The notes beneath the pieces were generated by a model. It saw only the letters and a list, made by a program, of their open reading frames with translations, searched no databases and was not told the origin of the DNA. Below, in pieces: positions 11,652 to 23,461 of a stretch of 64,000 bases of DNA (positions are counted from its first letter, which is position 1; the number at the start of each line of letters is the position of its first letter). This DNA is from Octopus sinensis (lineage: Eukaryota). The stretch lies in assembly GCF_006345805.1 (NCBI RefSeq), contig NC_042999.1:4774001-4838000 (forward strand). The letters run 5' to 3'. A program made the position numbers and the translations under genes.

Positions 11652-11674
11652 ATAACTTTTGTTTTCTTTTTCAG

Positions 11675-11837
11675 GTAATGAGTGGAATAACGCTGACCAA
11701 ACTTTTTGGAATTATTGTCCTAGCCTTTTCAAAGTCCCAGATTTTTAGAGTCTTTTATTTCCGAATGTATTTTGGCATTGTAATTTTTGGAGCAACCCAT
11801 GGTCTAATATTTTTACCGGTTTTGCTCAGTTATATTG
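11675..11837 (+). CDS. NPC1: NPC1 coding exon ([32 protein letters not shown]...[14 protein letters not shown]), 163 nt
   Basis: tttcag/gtaagt boundaries; SGITLTK, FYFRMY and [12 protein letters not shown] motifs. Confidence 0.97.
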
Positions 11838-12109
11838 GTAAGTAGTTCGTGGTTCTTTTGTTTCTTCTTCCACACTCTTTATTGTTGTTATTAGACTGTA
11901 AATGGATTCTGTGATGCTTTCTGCAATATTCCAGTTGATGGTTCAGTGATGCAACCAACACATTGTGTGACACACACCACAAGTAACTACGTATCCTACA
12001 GACACTTGTATCTTAAATTCGGTCAACAGACAGAATCAGTACAATACAGTTCTGTGTCAAGGCTGGACCTCTGAATTACATGTGCATTGTATCTAATGCA
12101 CATGTAATA

Positions 12110-12540
12110 TATGGATTCTGATGTCTGGCAGCTGACTTGGCAGACACCCATAAAATTATTAACCATCTTACAAACAATAACTCTGAGCACCTTTTCAAAC
12201 TCCACCTGTCTAACACCCGTGGACATGTTTACAAAGTCAGAAAACAGCACAGCTCCCATGACTTTCAGAAACCACGCTAAGAGTTGCTGAAGCATGGAAC
12301 AAACTGCCGGCATCAGTTGTTAGTTGTCGGATCACTGCATCCTTCAAAACTTCCATGCTTCCTGAGATTCACCAACACTACACCTGATTTTCTCCCCTCC
12401 ATACACACGCAAGCATGTATCTGACTCTTACACTGTTCACTTCCCAGACATTTGTACATTACTGCATATGCTTTATATGCACTTTTGACAAGTTATGGTG
12501 CACCTGAGCACTGTATACAATAATTTCATTATTATTATAT
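12110..12540 (+). mobile_element. CR1-like LINE 3' fragment (second family)
   Basis: LAADLADTHKIINHL..NTRGH frame and (ATT)n tail. Confidence 0.85.
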
Positions 12541-13216
12541 TATTTTCATTTTAATGGGATTCCATTCTGTTTCCACCTTCCTGATTTCACTCGGGAAGCT
12601 TTTGCTGACCTATTTCACTGTTACCATGACAACCAATGTTATTTCTTCTTTAAGTATAAACTTCAAAGCTTAGTCAGCAGAGAGGAGTTTTATCTATATG
12701 AAATCGCCAAGTGGTTTAAATTGCACAAGTCACTGATATCCAAGTAGCTAAAAAGGGTCAGTGGAAGGGTATCCAAGGGTCACATCCTGGATGTTCTCTG
12801 GCCTCTTTCAAGTGCAAGAAGTGAAGGACCGAAATACTTGCCTGAACAGGGCTTCTTCTCTAAAGACCTTCTGCTGTTCAGCTTTCTTGAGAGTTTCTTA
12901 CCACCCTTGTATTACCCAGGGTGGCAAAAGAATACTTCAAAGATGGGAAACATTCTAGTTTGCTCATACTTTTAGAAAGACCTGATTATCACAGTTTCTT
13001 TAACATTTTTTTTTTTCACTTTGTAATTTAATTTCATGGTAATTCCAATAACAATGTTGATTCATCACCATTTAATGTCCTTTTCTCATGCTGGCATGGG
13101 TTGCACAGTGCAGCAGGGGCTGGGAAGCCAGAGAACTACAGCAAGCTCCTGCATCTGTTTTGGTATGGTTCCTGTGGCTGGATATCCTTCCTAATACCAA
13201 CCACTTTACAGAGTAT

Positions 13217-13592
13217 ACTCTTTTACTTGTTTCAGTCATTTGACTGTGGCCATGCTGGAGCACCGCCTTTAGTCGAATAAATCGACCCCAGGACTTATTC
13301 TTTGTAAGCCTAGTACTTATTCTATCAGTCTCTTTTGCCGAACCGCTATGTTACGGGGATGTAAACACACCAGCATCAGTTGTCAAGTGATGTTGGAGGA
13401 GACAAACACAGACACACATACATATATACGATGGGCTTCATTTCAGTTTCTGTCTACCAAATCCACTCACAAGGCTTGGGTTGGCCCGAGGCTATAGTAG
13501 AAGACACTTGCCCAAGGTGCCACAAAGTGGGACTGAACCCGGAACCATGTGGCTGGTAAGAAAGCTACTTACCACACAGCCACTCCTGCGCC
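13217..13592 (-). mobile_element. SINE family A, full length
   Basis: Reverse complement of the family A pattern. Confidence 0.9.
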
Positions 13593-13885
13593 AGTATACT
13601 GGGTGTTTTTTACATGGCAACCACCCCACAACTGATGGAGATGTCATTATCCACCAAAACATGGAGTGTTTCCTGCAAGTCATGTTTCCCCATAATAAAC
13701 AGGTCACATCTCAACAAAAAATATTTTGGGTGTATAAAGCTGCTTTTCACAGTTAACAGTAATAAAATTTTGAGTAGATGTATCTGAAACTTGCATTAAA
13801 AGGATTGAAATCCCATACTGATGCCACATATAAAGTACTGGTGCCACATAAAAAGCACCCAGTTCACTCTGTAAAGTGGTTTGTA

Positions 13886-14092
13886 GAGCTGAAAACGAGG
13901 TAATTTCTACTCTTCTCCTCTGGAAGCCATCTGCTCGCGATACCAGAGGGCGCACACTCTCCTACCCTGATGTAATCTCCAGGGAGGCAGGCATCCAGCA
14001 ACAGGACCTCCGTAATGCTATGACGGACCGTGAAATTGGCGTAACATAGTATATTCCATTGTCTCGACCACGGTCAAACAATGAATGATGAA
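13886..14092 (+). mobile_element. RTE-clade LINE extreme 3' end, same family as 26228
   Basis: Clear nucleotide similarity to the reverse complement of 26230-26440. Confidence 0.85.
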
Positions 14093-14592
14093 GAAAATTT
14101 TGTGTAGATGTATCTGATATTTGCATTAAAAGGATTGAAAATCCCATACTGGTGCCACATAAAAAGCACTGAGTTCACTCTATAAAGGGGTTGGCATTGG
14201 GAAGAGCATCCAGCTGTAGAAATCCTGCCAGAATAGACAATTGGCTCCTGGTACAGCTCTCTGGCTTCCCAGCTCCTGTTCCAACTGCCTGACCCATGCC
14301 AGCATGGAAAACATAGCACCCACTACACTCACGGAGTGGTTGGCGTTAGGAAGAGCATCCAGCTGTAGAAACACTACCAGATCAGACTGGAGCCTGGTGC
14401 AGCCGCCTGGCTCCCCAGACCCCAGTCGAACCGTCCACTCCATGCCAGCATGGAAAACGGACGTTAAACGATGATGATGATGGTGTCAACTAGCTATCAT
14501 TTGGACTTCTCTCTCTCTCTCTCTCTTTTTTTCTCTAGTTCTCTCCTCCACCCTTTTCATTTATTTATTATGTCTGTTCCTTTTTTTTACAG

Positions 14593-14693
14593 GTCCACCA
14601 AAAAGAAACGTACATCAGTTTGAAATTGAAGACAAAAGGAGTTCTTCAGACCGAAGTGATAGTGAAACCAGAGAAAGATATCAGAAAATGTGA
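14593..14693 (+). CDS. NPC1: NPC1 terminal coding exon (G-PPKRNVHQFEIEDKRSSSDRSDSETRERYQKM-stop)
   Basis: Polypyrimidine tract plus tacag. Phase completes the conserved SYIGP; TGA at 14691-14693. Confidence 0.88.
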
Positions 14694-14939
14694 GGGATAG
14701 ACTTGTTCTTTACAAGAAAACAAACACCGCCATTCTTGTGTTGAGAATGAATTCACTGTACAAAGCCAATAATAACAGTAATAATAATAATAATAATGAT
14801 AACACGAAGGGAAGAATTGTTCATTAGTTACTGAGTGATTATTTAAATTATAAAAAAAAATTGCAGACAGATTTGATAATCCCCCACCCCCTCCATTTGT
14901 TCCTAAATTTTTAACTCTGAAAATTCAAAATAACATCAT

Positions 14940-14983
<44 letters not shown>

Positions 14984-17900
14984 TTACTTCTATTTAATTT
15001 GCAGGAGTGTTTCTCCCATAAAACACAAAAATAAAAATAATTTAAATAACAACAATTTACTAATAAAAAAAAAAAACCCTGCTTGATTCTGTTTGATTTC
15101 TTAAGCTTCTCCGATGTTTGCAGGATTCTCTCTTTCTCTAAAATAATTTACATTTTTTTTCAATCGAATTCAGTGTTTTTTGTTCTCTTTTTCAGTACAG
15201 TGATTGTTTTTGAATTTATTTTTTTAATAAAGAAAACATTTTTTGTAAATAGTTCCATTAAATATAACATGATTTGTAGATTGTTGTTTTATTAAAACAG
15301 CTTTTATTTTAATGTGCTTCTCACGAAAATATGGCAATCACATTTTGGTGAGTGGTATGGGGGGGCGGGTTATCAAGTTTCAGTTTTTAATTGTTTTTTG
15401 ATGGTTTTTTTTTTTTTTCAAGTGATTGGAAAAATAGCGTTAATAATGTTAACAAGATGAAATAATTATTTCTGACACACAGTGTAATTAATTGGCACTT
15501 GAATGATTTGTTTGAGTTTTCATTCTATTTGTTTGTTTTTAACATCTTGATTACAACCATGCATTCCGACTGTCTCCAGCAAAACATATAACGACAGTGA
15601 AGATGAAAATGTTAAACCGAGCAAATGAATGGAAAAAGTTCTATAATTTTAGTGGGGGTTGGAGGGGGGACCGTCCCTTTTTTTTTTCTAGGGCTTTGAA
15701 GGGCTTTATTTTCATTCAGAATCCCTCCGTCACAATTAGTACTCATCTCAAGATGTTTCCACATGACTAAATCATCCTCCCTGTTCGTAAACAAGTCCCA
15801 ACCAACATATTTTCATTCTCTACAAATGCTAGACTTCACATTCTCTGATTACCTTTCAAGGTTTACCACACGTCTATATTGCCAAGACTGCATCTAACAA
15901 AAGTTGGGGGGTTATTCTCTTCAGCTTTCAACAATTTCTTTATAAACCCTCTGTGTATACCACAAAGAATTCTCTTTGAATATATACACAGAGCATATCT
16001 AACTTTACTCACCTCCTCCAAAATGTCATCTGACTTATTGCCATGTTGCCACCACCAAATCCGTGATGTGCACACAAACCCTGTCTCTTTTACTGCTATT
16101 ATAAACAATTTCTGTTCTCCTTTGAACCTTCAAACTATGTATACCTCCTATGTCATCTGTATTTACATAGACTCCCCTTTTTTTTTTGAAAATATTTCCC
16201 AATATCTTCCTCCCAGAACTTGTGACCCTCTAAAAAAATACTCCTTTGGTATTTCTAGATATTTGACTGATGTAAATTCAAGCTTATACATCAACTGTCC
16301 CTAAAGACTGTTGGCATATTCCCTCTTCTTTGTGTTAATAAGAGAAGAGGAGGACCCCCAAGTGAACATACAATATTTTGTGTATGTTTTGTGTGGAATT
16401 TAAGAAAAATATAAATATTAAAATTATCAAAAGTTAGTAAACATGACATGATAGTTTAGTAACAAAATTTTGAGGTGGCAAAATTGTTCAGTTAGTCAGT
16501 AGAGCATCTGACAAAATATTTTGTCAGTTGATAGAGCATTGGACAATATGCTTTGCAGTTTTTATTCCAGCTTTTAATATTTTGTGTTCAAATCCCATCA
16601 AAGTCAGCTTTGTTATTTTTTCTTTCAGGGTCGTTAAAGTACCATTCTGGGTGGTTGGGTGGTAGAATCATTAGAGGGTTAGACTAAATACTTTGTTCCA
16701 GTGTTTTGCATTCTGAGTTCAAATCCTGCTAATGTGTACTTAGATGGTAGGCTTAATCTCTCATTCTTTAATCCTACCACCAACATGTTGGGTACCCTTA
16801 GCAGAATTTACTTTATTGTAAGCATTTAGGTTAGGTTCCTAGTTTGAGTGTAACTTCTTAAATTCTTCTTTCCTACCAGTCTCAGGGGCTCTATAAAGGG
16901 TCATGATCTTCCTTTTGACTAAGTGAATAAAAATATCAGAAGTGCAATTAGAATTCCCCTTTAGCAATTATCTAAAAACCTGTGTGACATCATCACATTC
17001 GTAACCATTGGTAACAGTTATGACTGGTTCAAGAAGAGGATTTTAAATAGTCAAGTTTGTGTTTAACATCAATAAACATAAAAATTCCAAATCTTTTTTT
17101 TTTATTTTGTTAGATTTACTGTTTCTAATTTAGATACAAGGCTAGCAGTTTTATGAAGATACTATCAACCTCAGTATACTACTGGTACTTCATTTTATCA
17201 ACCCCAGAGAGTTGAAAAGCAAAGTTGACCGTCATGAGATATGAACTCAGAATGCTTTTTTTTTGCCAATGTTCTAACAATTCTGTCAGCTCACTGCTTC
17301 AGTCAATAATAATAATAATAATTCTTCCTCCTTTTTGCACCAATTTTGATGGGAGGGAGCTAGTCAATTACACCCTCCTTGAAAGGAAGGAAGGCAAAAT
17401 TGGTCTCGTTAGGATTTGAACTCAGAACATAAAAAGGATCAGAAGAAATGCCACTAAGCATTTTCTCAGGTGCACTAATGATTCTACCAGCTCACTACCT
17501 TAATTAATTAATTAATTAATAATAATAGTAATGAACTTGTTTACAGTACTTGAATGCATTACAGCAGGCTCTCGTTCAACTGCAAAATTCTGTTGCCACA
17601 AATGCTAGTTTTTTTGTACAATATGTAGAAGAGAAAATAAGACAAAGGAATTTGGCAGGAGACACTTCCTTCTGATGATTAATAAGTAACATTCAAGACG
17701 AGTTTGTTTTTTTAAGACACCAACAAAACATCCTTGGACAAGTCTTATATTCTTTTTAAATATTCTTTTTTTTTTTTTTTGATAAACAAAATTCTTTAAG
17801 ATTTTTCAGAATTGTCATTATTTTACCAAAATGAAGACTTTTTTTTTTTGTCACCTAAATCGGTTTGTGAAATACTTCATTGATTAAATGATCAGTCAAA

Positions 17901-18490
17901 TATCTTTAATCACAAATACAACATAATAAATGCATAGCATTGATGCTCACACAATATTGTTTCCACGAAATACAAACACTTTTTTGCAGCTTGATTCCTC
18001 TCTGCTTTTCTTCTCTGGATTTCCTTCCATATTTATCTGATTCTAATTTTGAAGTTGTTTTTATTTTCATTCTTTTTTTTTTTTTGTTTTAATTTATTTT
18101 TTACAAACAAAACTTTTGATTTAGAATATTGATTGAATAAAAAATATTTTTACAATGAATATTTGTTGTTAATTTCTTTAAAAGCTCCCCCATGCAGGTT
18201 CCACATAAAATGCACCTGTACCGGTGCCACATAAAAAGCACTCATGCCAGTGCCACGTAGAAGGCACTCATTACACTCTGTAAAGTGGTTGGTGCTTGAA
18301 AACCGTCCAACTCATGCCAGCATGGAAAATGGATGTTTGACGATGATGATGATGTGTGTGTATCTGTGTTTCCTTGTCTTGACATTACACGGTGATTGTA
18401 AACGAGTGTCACTGTCATACAAGCAGTGTCGTTCGTTTCTGATATCTGTGTAAACCATGTCTGACCCTCTCCTTGTTTTTTTCAGTGTCC

Positions 18491-18526
18491 CTTTCTGTAG
18501 AAGAGCATAGGCTCGAAATGTAAAAG
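18491..18526 (+). ncRNA. Hammerhead-like motif with variant core (CTGTAGA)
   Basis: cttt-CTGTAGA-a-GAGC atag GCTC-GAAA-TG-TA^aaag; a more decayed copy at 47848-47883. Confidence 0.5.
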
Positions 18527-20221
18527 ACCTTTTCTATTCCTGAGCGTTATACTAATACATCTGTTTGTTTTGTACACCACCTATCTTCATCTTTTGTTTT
18601 TTTCGTAAACTCTCCCCATGAATCGACAGGCAAGGATTTGTGACAGGGTTTTTTAAGATAGTGGTGGTGGTTTGCTACTTCTAACAGGACCAAGGAGCCA
18701 TATAGTGGCATTTTCTTCAGTTTGTTATATCTCACTCTACTCTTGAAAAGGGAGGCCAAATTTACTTAACAATTTCATCTGAACTTGTCACTGGTTCAAT
18801 ACTTGTGACATTATGCACATGTCACCTGTGAATATAGTTATTATGTGAGATTAGTCTCCTGAAACAGCTGTCAAGACAAGACATTACATTTTGTTTTTTC
18901 ATTATATATAGTTTCTATTATATAATTTGTATTTTGTGCTCCATGTAAATAATGTCTCAAGCCTCTGTTTATCTACCTTACTACCTCTATAATCTCTTTA
19001 TATATAAAGCTGAAGTTGTCTGTGTATGGCAGGTTTGGTAGCCTTCAACTAACACTATCTCCTCCGAGACCCTGAGTGAGATCATTGCCAGAGCAACAAG
19101 CTGGCCTTTGTGCCGATGGCATGTTAAACACACCATCCAAGCCTGATCGTTACCGCATCGCCTTACTAGCACTTGTGCTGGTGGCATGTGAAATATTCGA
19201 GCGAGGTCGTTGCCAGTGCCGCTAGACTGGTTCCTGTGCAGGTGGTACATAAAAAGCACCATTTGGGCGTGGCTGTTGCCAGTACCACCAAACTGGCCCT
19301 CGTGCCGGTGGCACATAAAAGCACCCACTACACTCTCAGAGTGGTTGGCATTAGGAAGGGCATCCAGCTGTAGAAACTCTGCCAGATGAGATTGGAGTCT
19401 GGTTTGCCAGACCTCGGTCAAAATCGTCCAACACATGCTAGCATGGAAAGCGGATGTTAAATGATGATGATGAGTGAACTGGAACAATGTGAAATAAAAA
19501 CTATATATAACGAAAAATCATTATGTAATGTCTTGTTTCGACAGCTGTTCAAGAGACCAATCTTACCTAATAACTATATTCACAGGTGATATATGCTTGA
19601 TGTCACAGGTATTGAACCAGTGACAAGTTCAGATGAAATTGTTAAATGTGGACCCCCTTTTCAAAAGTAGAGTGAAATATGACAAACTTGTGAAAAAGCC
19701 CCTACATGGCTCCTTGGTCCTGTTAGAAGTAGCAAACTACCACCACTATCTTAAAAAAGGGAACACTCATATTGAGTGATGTGGTCTTTCAACGATACAC
19801 TGCACCACTGGGAATCGAACTCAGGAACTTCTGATTGTGAACTGACTACTCTAACCATTGAACCACACACCTCCACTCTCCAACAAACTAGATACTGTGG
19901 TGAACAGCATCTTGAGGGTGGGGGTATGAAACATAAAAAAAGAGTGAAAGAAAAGAGGTGAGAGAAATAAACAAATTTATTGCAGTAAAAACAAAACAAA
20001 ACAAGAAAAAATTTAATAATGAAATGTGAAATTATGTCAACTTAATAAGAATATAATACAATTTCATATAATAGAATATGATAAAACTTAATATATAACA
20101 ATATGATATAACTGAATATGTTAAAATGTTGTTCTATGTTTTAGAGATGAGGAATTCTGTACATTATTTATATTATTTACATTGGATGGATGTGCTTCGT
20201 CATCTTGTTTGTTGTTACCAC

Positions 20222-20715
20222 AACGTTGAAAAATTGGGTCTAGCTGATCATGTGTGGAAAAGCGGAGACCACCTTCCCCTGTGGGATGAAGTTAAAATAA
20301 TAGACAGAGAACACCACTGGAAAATACGAAAACTAAAAGAGGCAGCACATATGTTAGGACACAATAACCTCTTAAGCAGACCAAGTGCAGATATGAGTAG
20401 AACATGGGAACCGGTTTTAAGGAAGGATACAAAAATATTGGGTTTATAAGCCCTAAAATTTACTCTATAATTGCCCACAGGAATATAGCATAATGGTTAA
20501 GAGTGTGAGCTACTAACTCCAAGATTGCGAGTTCAATTCCAGGCAGTGCCTTGAATAAATAATAATAATAATAACATCGGCAAAAAATACCTTAGGAATG
20601 AGAACCCAGGGTAGGGTTCAAAATTCTACCAGGACACCTGATGAAGGATGCAGAGTAAATCAGCCAAAACGTGGTAACAAGATGAGGACACATATCCGTC
20701 CAATGTAAATAATGT
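20222..20715 (+). mobile_element. Penelope-like element 3' end: GIY-YIG endonuclease C-terminus, tRNA-like cassette and decayed hammerhead
   Basis: Peptide KLGLADHVWKSG..WDEVKIIDREHHWKIRKLKEAAHM resembles the PLE endonuclease C-terminus. After the stop come A/B boxes (20480-20550) and CTGATGA..cagccAAAAC. Confidence 0.75.
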
Positions 20716-21228
20716 ATATTAGAATGTGATATCAACTTGGAACGAACAACACTGTTTGAGAATTAACATTTCTGAGACTTTCCTTTAAATCCAGGTCAGT
20801 ACTGAGCAAGCAAACTTATAACCAAAAACATTCTGTGGCCATCTAGGTTTTTGCCTTTATTTTTTTAAATTCTTTTTAGCTTTTTTAATTCTCAGACCTA
20901 TATAATCCAATGTGTTCTTCCTTTTAAGACAGAAAGGGTTGATTTCAAAGAGATTTTGGCTTCTATTTCTAGCATGTCAAGCAGCCACATAGAAGCTGCT
21001 TGAATATGAAGGAAGGTTTTATTGAGTTAATAGAATCCAGAAGATTGTAAAATATTACCAAAACCATCTTATGGTTCCTCAACAGGCCAGGTTGAGTAAT
21101 CTTCAATTAGCACCACGGGGGAATATAGTTACAGGCCTGACCATGGGATTAGGACATCTGCCCCACCCAACCACATTGTTTTAGGTTCAGCCCCACTGTG
21201 TGGCACCTTAGCTAAGTATCTTCTACTA

Positions 21229-21605
21229 TAACTCTGAGCACCTTTTCAAACTCCACCTGTCTAACACCCGTGGACATGTTTACAAAGTCAGAAAACAGCA
21301 CAGCTCCCATGACTTTCAGAAACATTTTTTCACGCTAAGAGTTGCTGAAGCATGGAACAAACTGCCGGCATCAGTTGTTAGTTGTCGGAGCACTGCATCC
21401 TTCAAAACTTCCATGCTTCCTGAGATTTGCCAACACTACACCTGATTTTCTCCCCTCCATACACACGCAAGCATGTATCTGACTCATATACTGTTCACTT
21501 CCCAGACATTTGTACATTACTGCATATGCTTTATAAGCACTTTCTGATAAGTTGTGGTGCACCTGAGCACTGTATACAATAATTTCATTATTATTTTTAT
21601 TATTA
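21229..21605 (+). mobile_element. CR1-like LINE 3' fragment inserted into a family A SINE
   Basis: Colinear with the 12110 copy; SINE halves on both sides. Confidence 0.85.
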
Positions 21606-21669
21606 TAATCCCAGGCCAACAAAAGCCTTGAGAGTGGATTTGGTAGATGGAAACTGAAAGTAGCCCACT

Positions 21670-21710
<41 letters not shown>

Positions 21711-22294
21711 TGCGTGTTATTGTGTCCATGTCTTGATATTTTGTGATAATTATAAACAAGTGTTACTGTTACACAAACAGTGTCCATTGTTTGCAGTATT
21801 ACATGGAAAATACGTTTGGCCCTGGGGGTGATGTTACCTTACTTGGGAAACGGGTGAGGGTTGGTGACAAGAAGAGCATCAGGGTACTGAAAATCTGCCT
21901 CGGTAAATCCCATCCGACCCATGCAAACATGGAAAAGTGGACGTTAAAACGAAGAAGAAGATGATGACGCCGACGCCACCGACACCAACAATAACAATGA
22001 TTATGAGAATGATGATGATGATGATGATGATGGTGATGATAACAATAACAGTGAAAGACTGAAATAGCAAGGGATTTTTTTCTCTTCTGTGTTTTTTTTT
22101 TTTCTGTTTTCATTTATAACAAGTTTTCTCAAATTATGTATACAGATTATACAAAACAAAAGCTTTTTTTCCCCCTGTATTGCTTAGAAAGGGAAGATCA
22201 ATATGTATGGCCCTTTCACAGAGCCTCTGAGTCTGGCAGGAGGGAATGCGTCTTCAAACTAGAAATTCAATCTGTTGCTTATAACAGTATACAC

Positions 22295-22459
22295 CAGTGC
22301 TTCTCAGCCTTTTTAATATGAAGCCTGATCCCAAAACCTGGATTTTTATAGGGGGCCACACCAAAAAATGTAAAACACAAAGAAAAAATTATGATATTTA
22401 TCACGGGAAGACTGTCGAGGGGAACATGTGGCCCAGGGATCCATGGTCGAGAAACACTG
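22295..22459. mobile_element. hAT (Charlie-like) MITE
   Basis: TIR CAGTGCTTCTC / GAGAAACACTG; 8-bp flanks GTATACAC / ATATAGAC (6/8). Confidence 0.7.
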
Positions 22460-23230
22460 ATATAGACTCTGCTAAAGATACTTAAGGACCACATGAGGGT
22501 TTTAACCCTTTTGATACCAACCTGACTGAAACCATTCTCGATTCTTTGTATGATGCAATCTTCTCGTTTTAAAGTAATCTAAATGAATATCTTACATCCA
22601 AATTTTATGTTAATTTATATTCCAAACACCAGCTTGCTAATCATCATCAATCATCATCAGTCACCACCAATCATCATCAATCACTATCAATCATCATCAA
22701 TTACCATCAATCATCATCAATCACCATCAATCATCATCAATGATGATGATGATTATGACAAGTTTATTTCATTAAATTCTTCATTATTTTCAAAATGAAT
22801 TGTAATAAATGCAGCATATTCCAACAGAAATACGGTAACAAAAGGGTTGACGCTGAAGAAATTTCTAAATAAATGAATATGCAAAGTATTTTCATAGTTC
22901 AGTTGTTGTTGTTCTGTTTTGTTTCCTACACCCGTTCCAATTGGAGCCATTTGTGGCCCTTCTCAAAATACTCTATCAATAACTCTTTCTATGACTAGAC
23001 TGCAAATAAAATACAATTTCCTCATATATATACATATATATATATATATAGAATGATTTCACTTAGGCATATTGATATTAGTGATCTGTTGTTAGAACTC
23101 AATATATTTAGGCTTCAGGGTAAAACGTTAGGCGAGTACAGAGTGTAATATTACTGAATGAATGACAAAAGAGTGGGAGTTATGTAATTCTCTTCATTGG
23201 CTTATAGCTGTTTCTGCTATAAGAAGCAGT

Positions 23231-23309
23231 GCTCTGAGGAAGCTGTAAAATGTTGCACAAGCACTTAACTCTCGGTGTATTGCTTCTTGTAGTAGAAACA
23301 GTGGTAAGC
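23231..23309 (+). ncRNA. Type I hammerhead motif with extended stem II inside an inverted repeat
   Basis: gct-CTGAGGA-a-GCTGTAA..TTGTAGT-a-GAAA-CAGTGG-TA^agc. The inverted arm reads GAAA-CAGCTA-TA-AGC. Confidence 0.6.
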
Positions 23310-23353
23310 TAATGAAAAGGATTACATAACTCCCATTCCTTTGTGATTCATTA

Positions 23354-23419
<66 letters not shown>

Positions 23420-23461
23420 AATCATTTCAGGACATTTGGAGATGAAAAAATGTAATTTGTT

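Noticed and set aside
15850-16320. ORFs of 81 and 141 aa
   Set aside because: No splice context or recognisable domain; more likely a decayed LINE remnant, as is 12650-12960.
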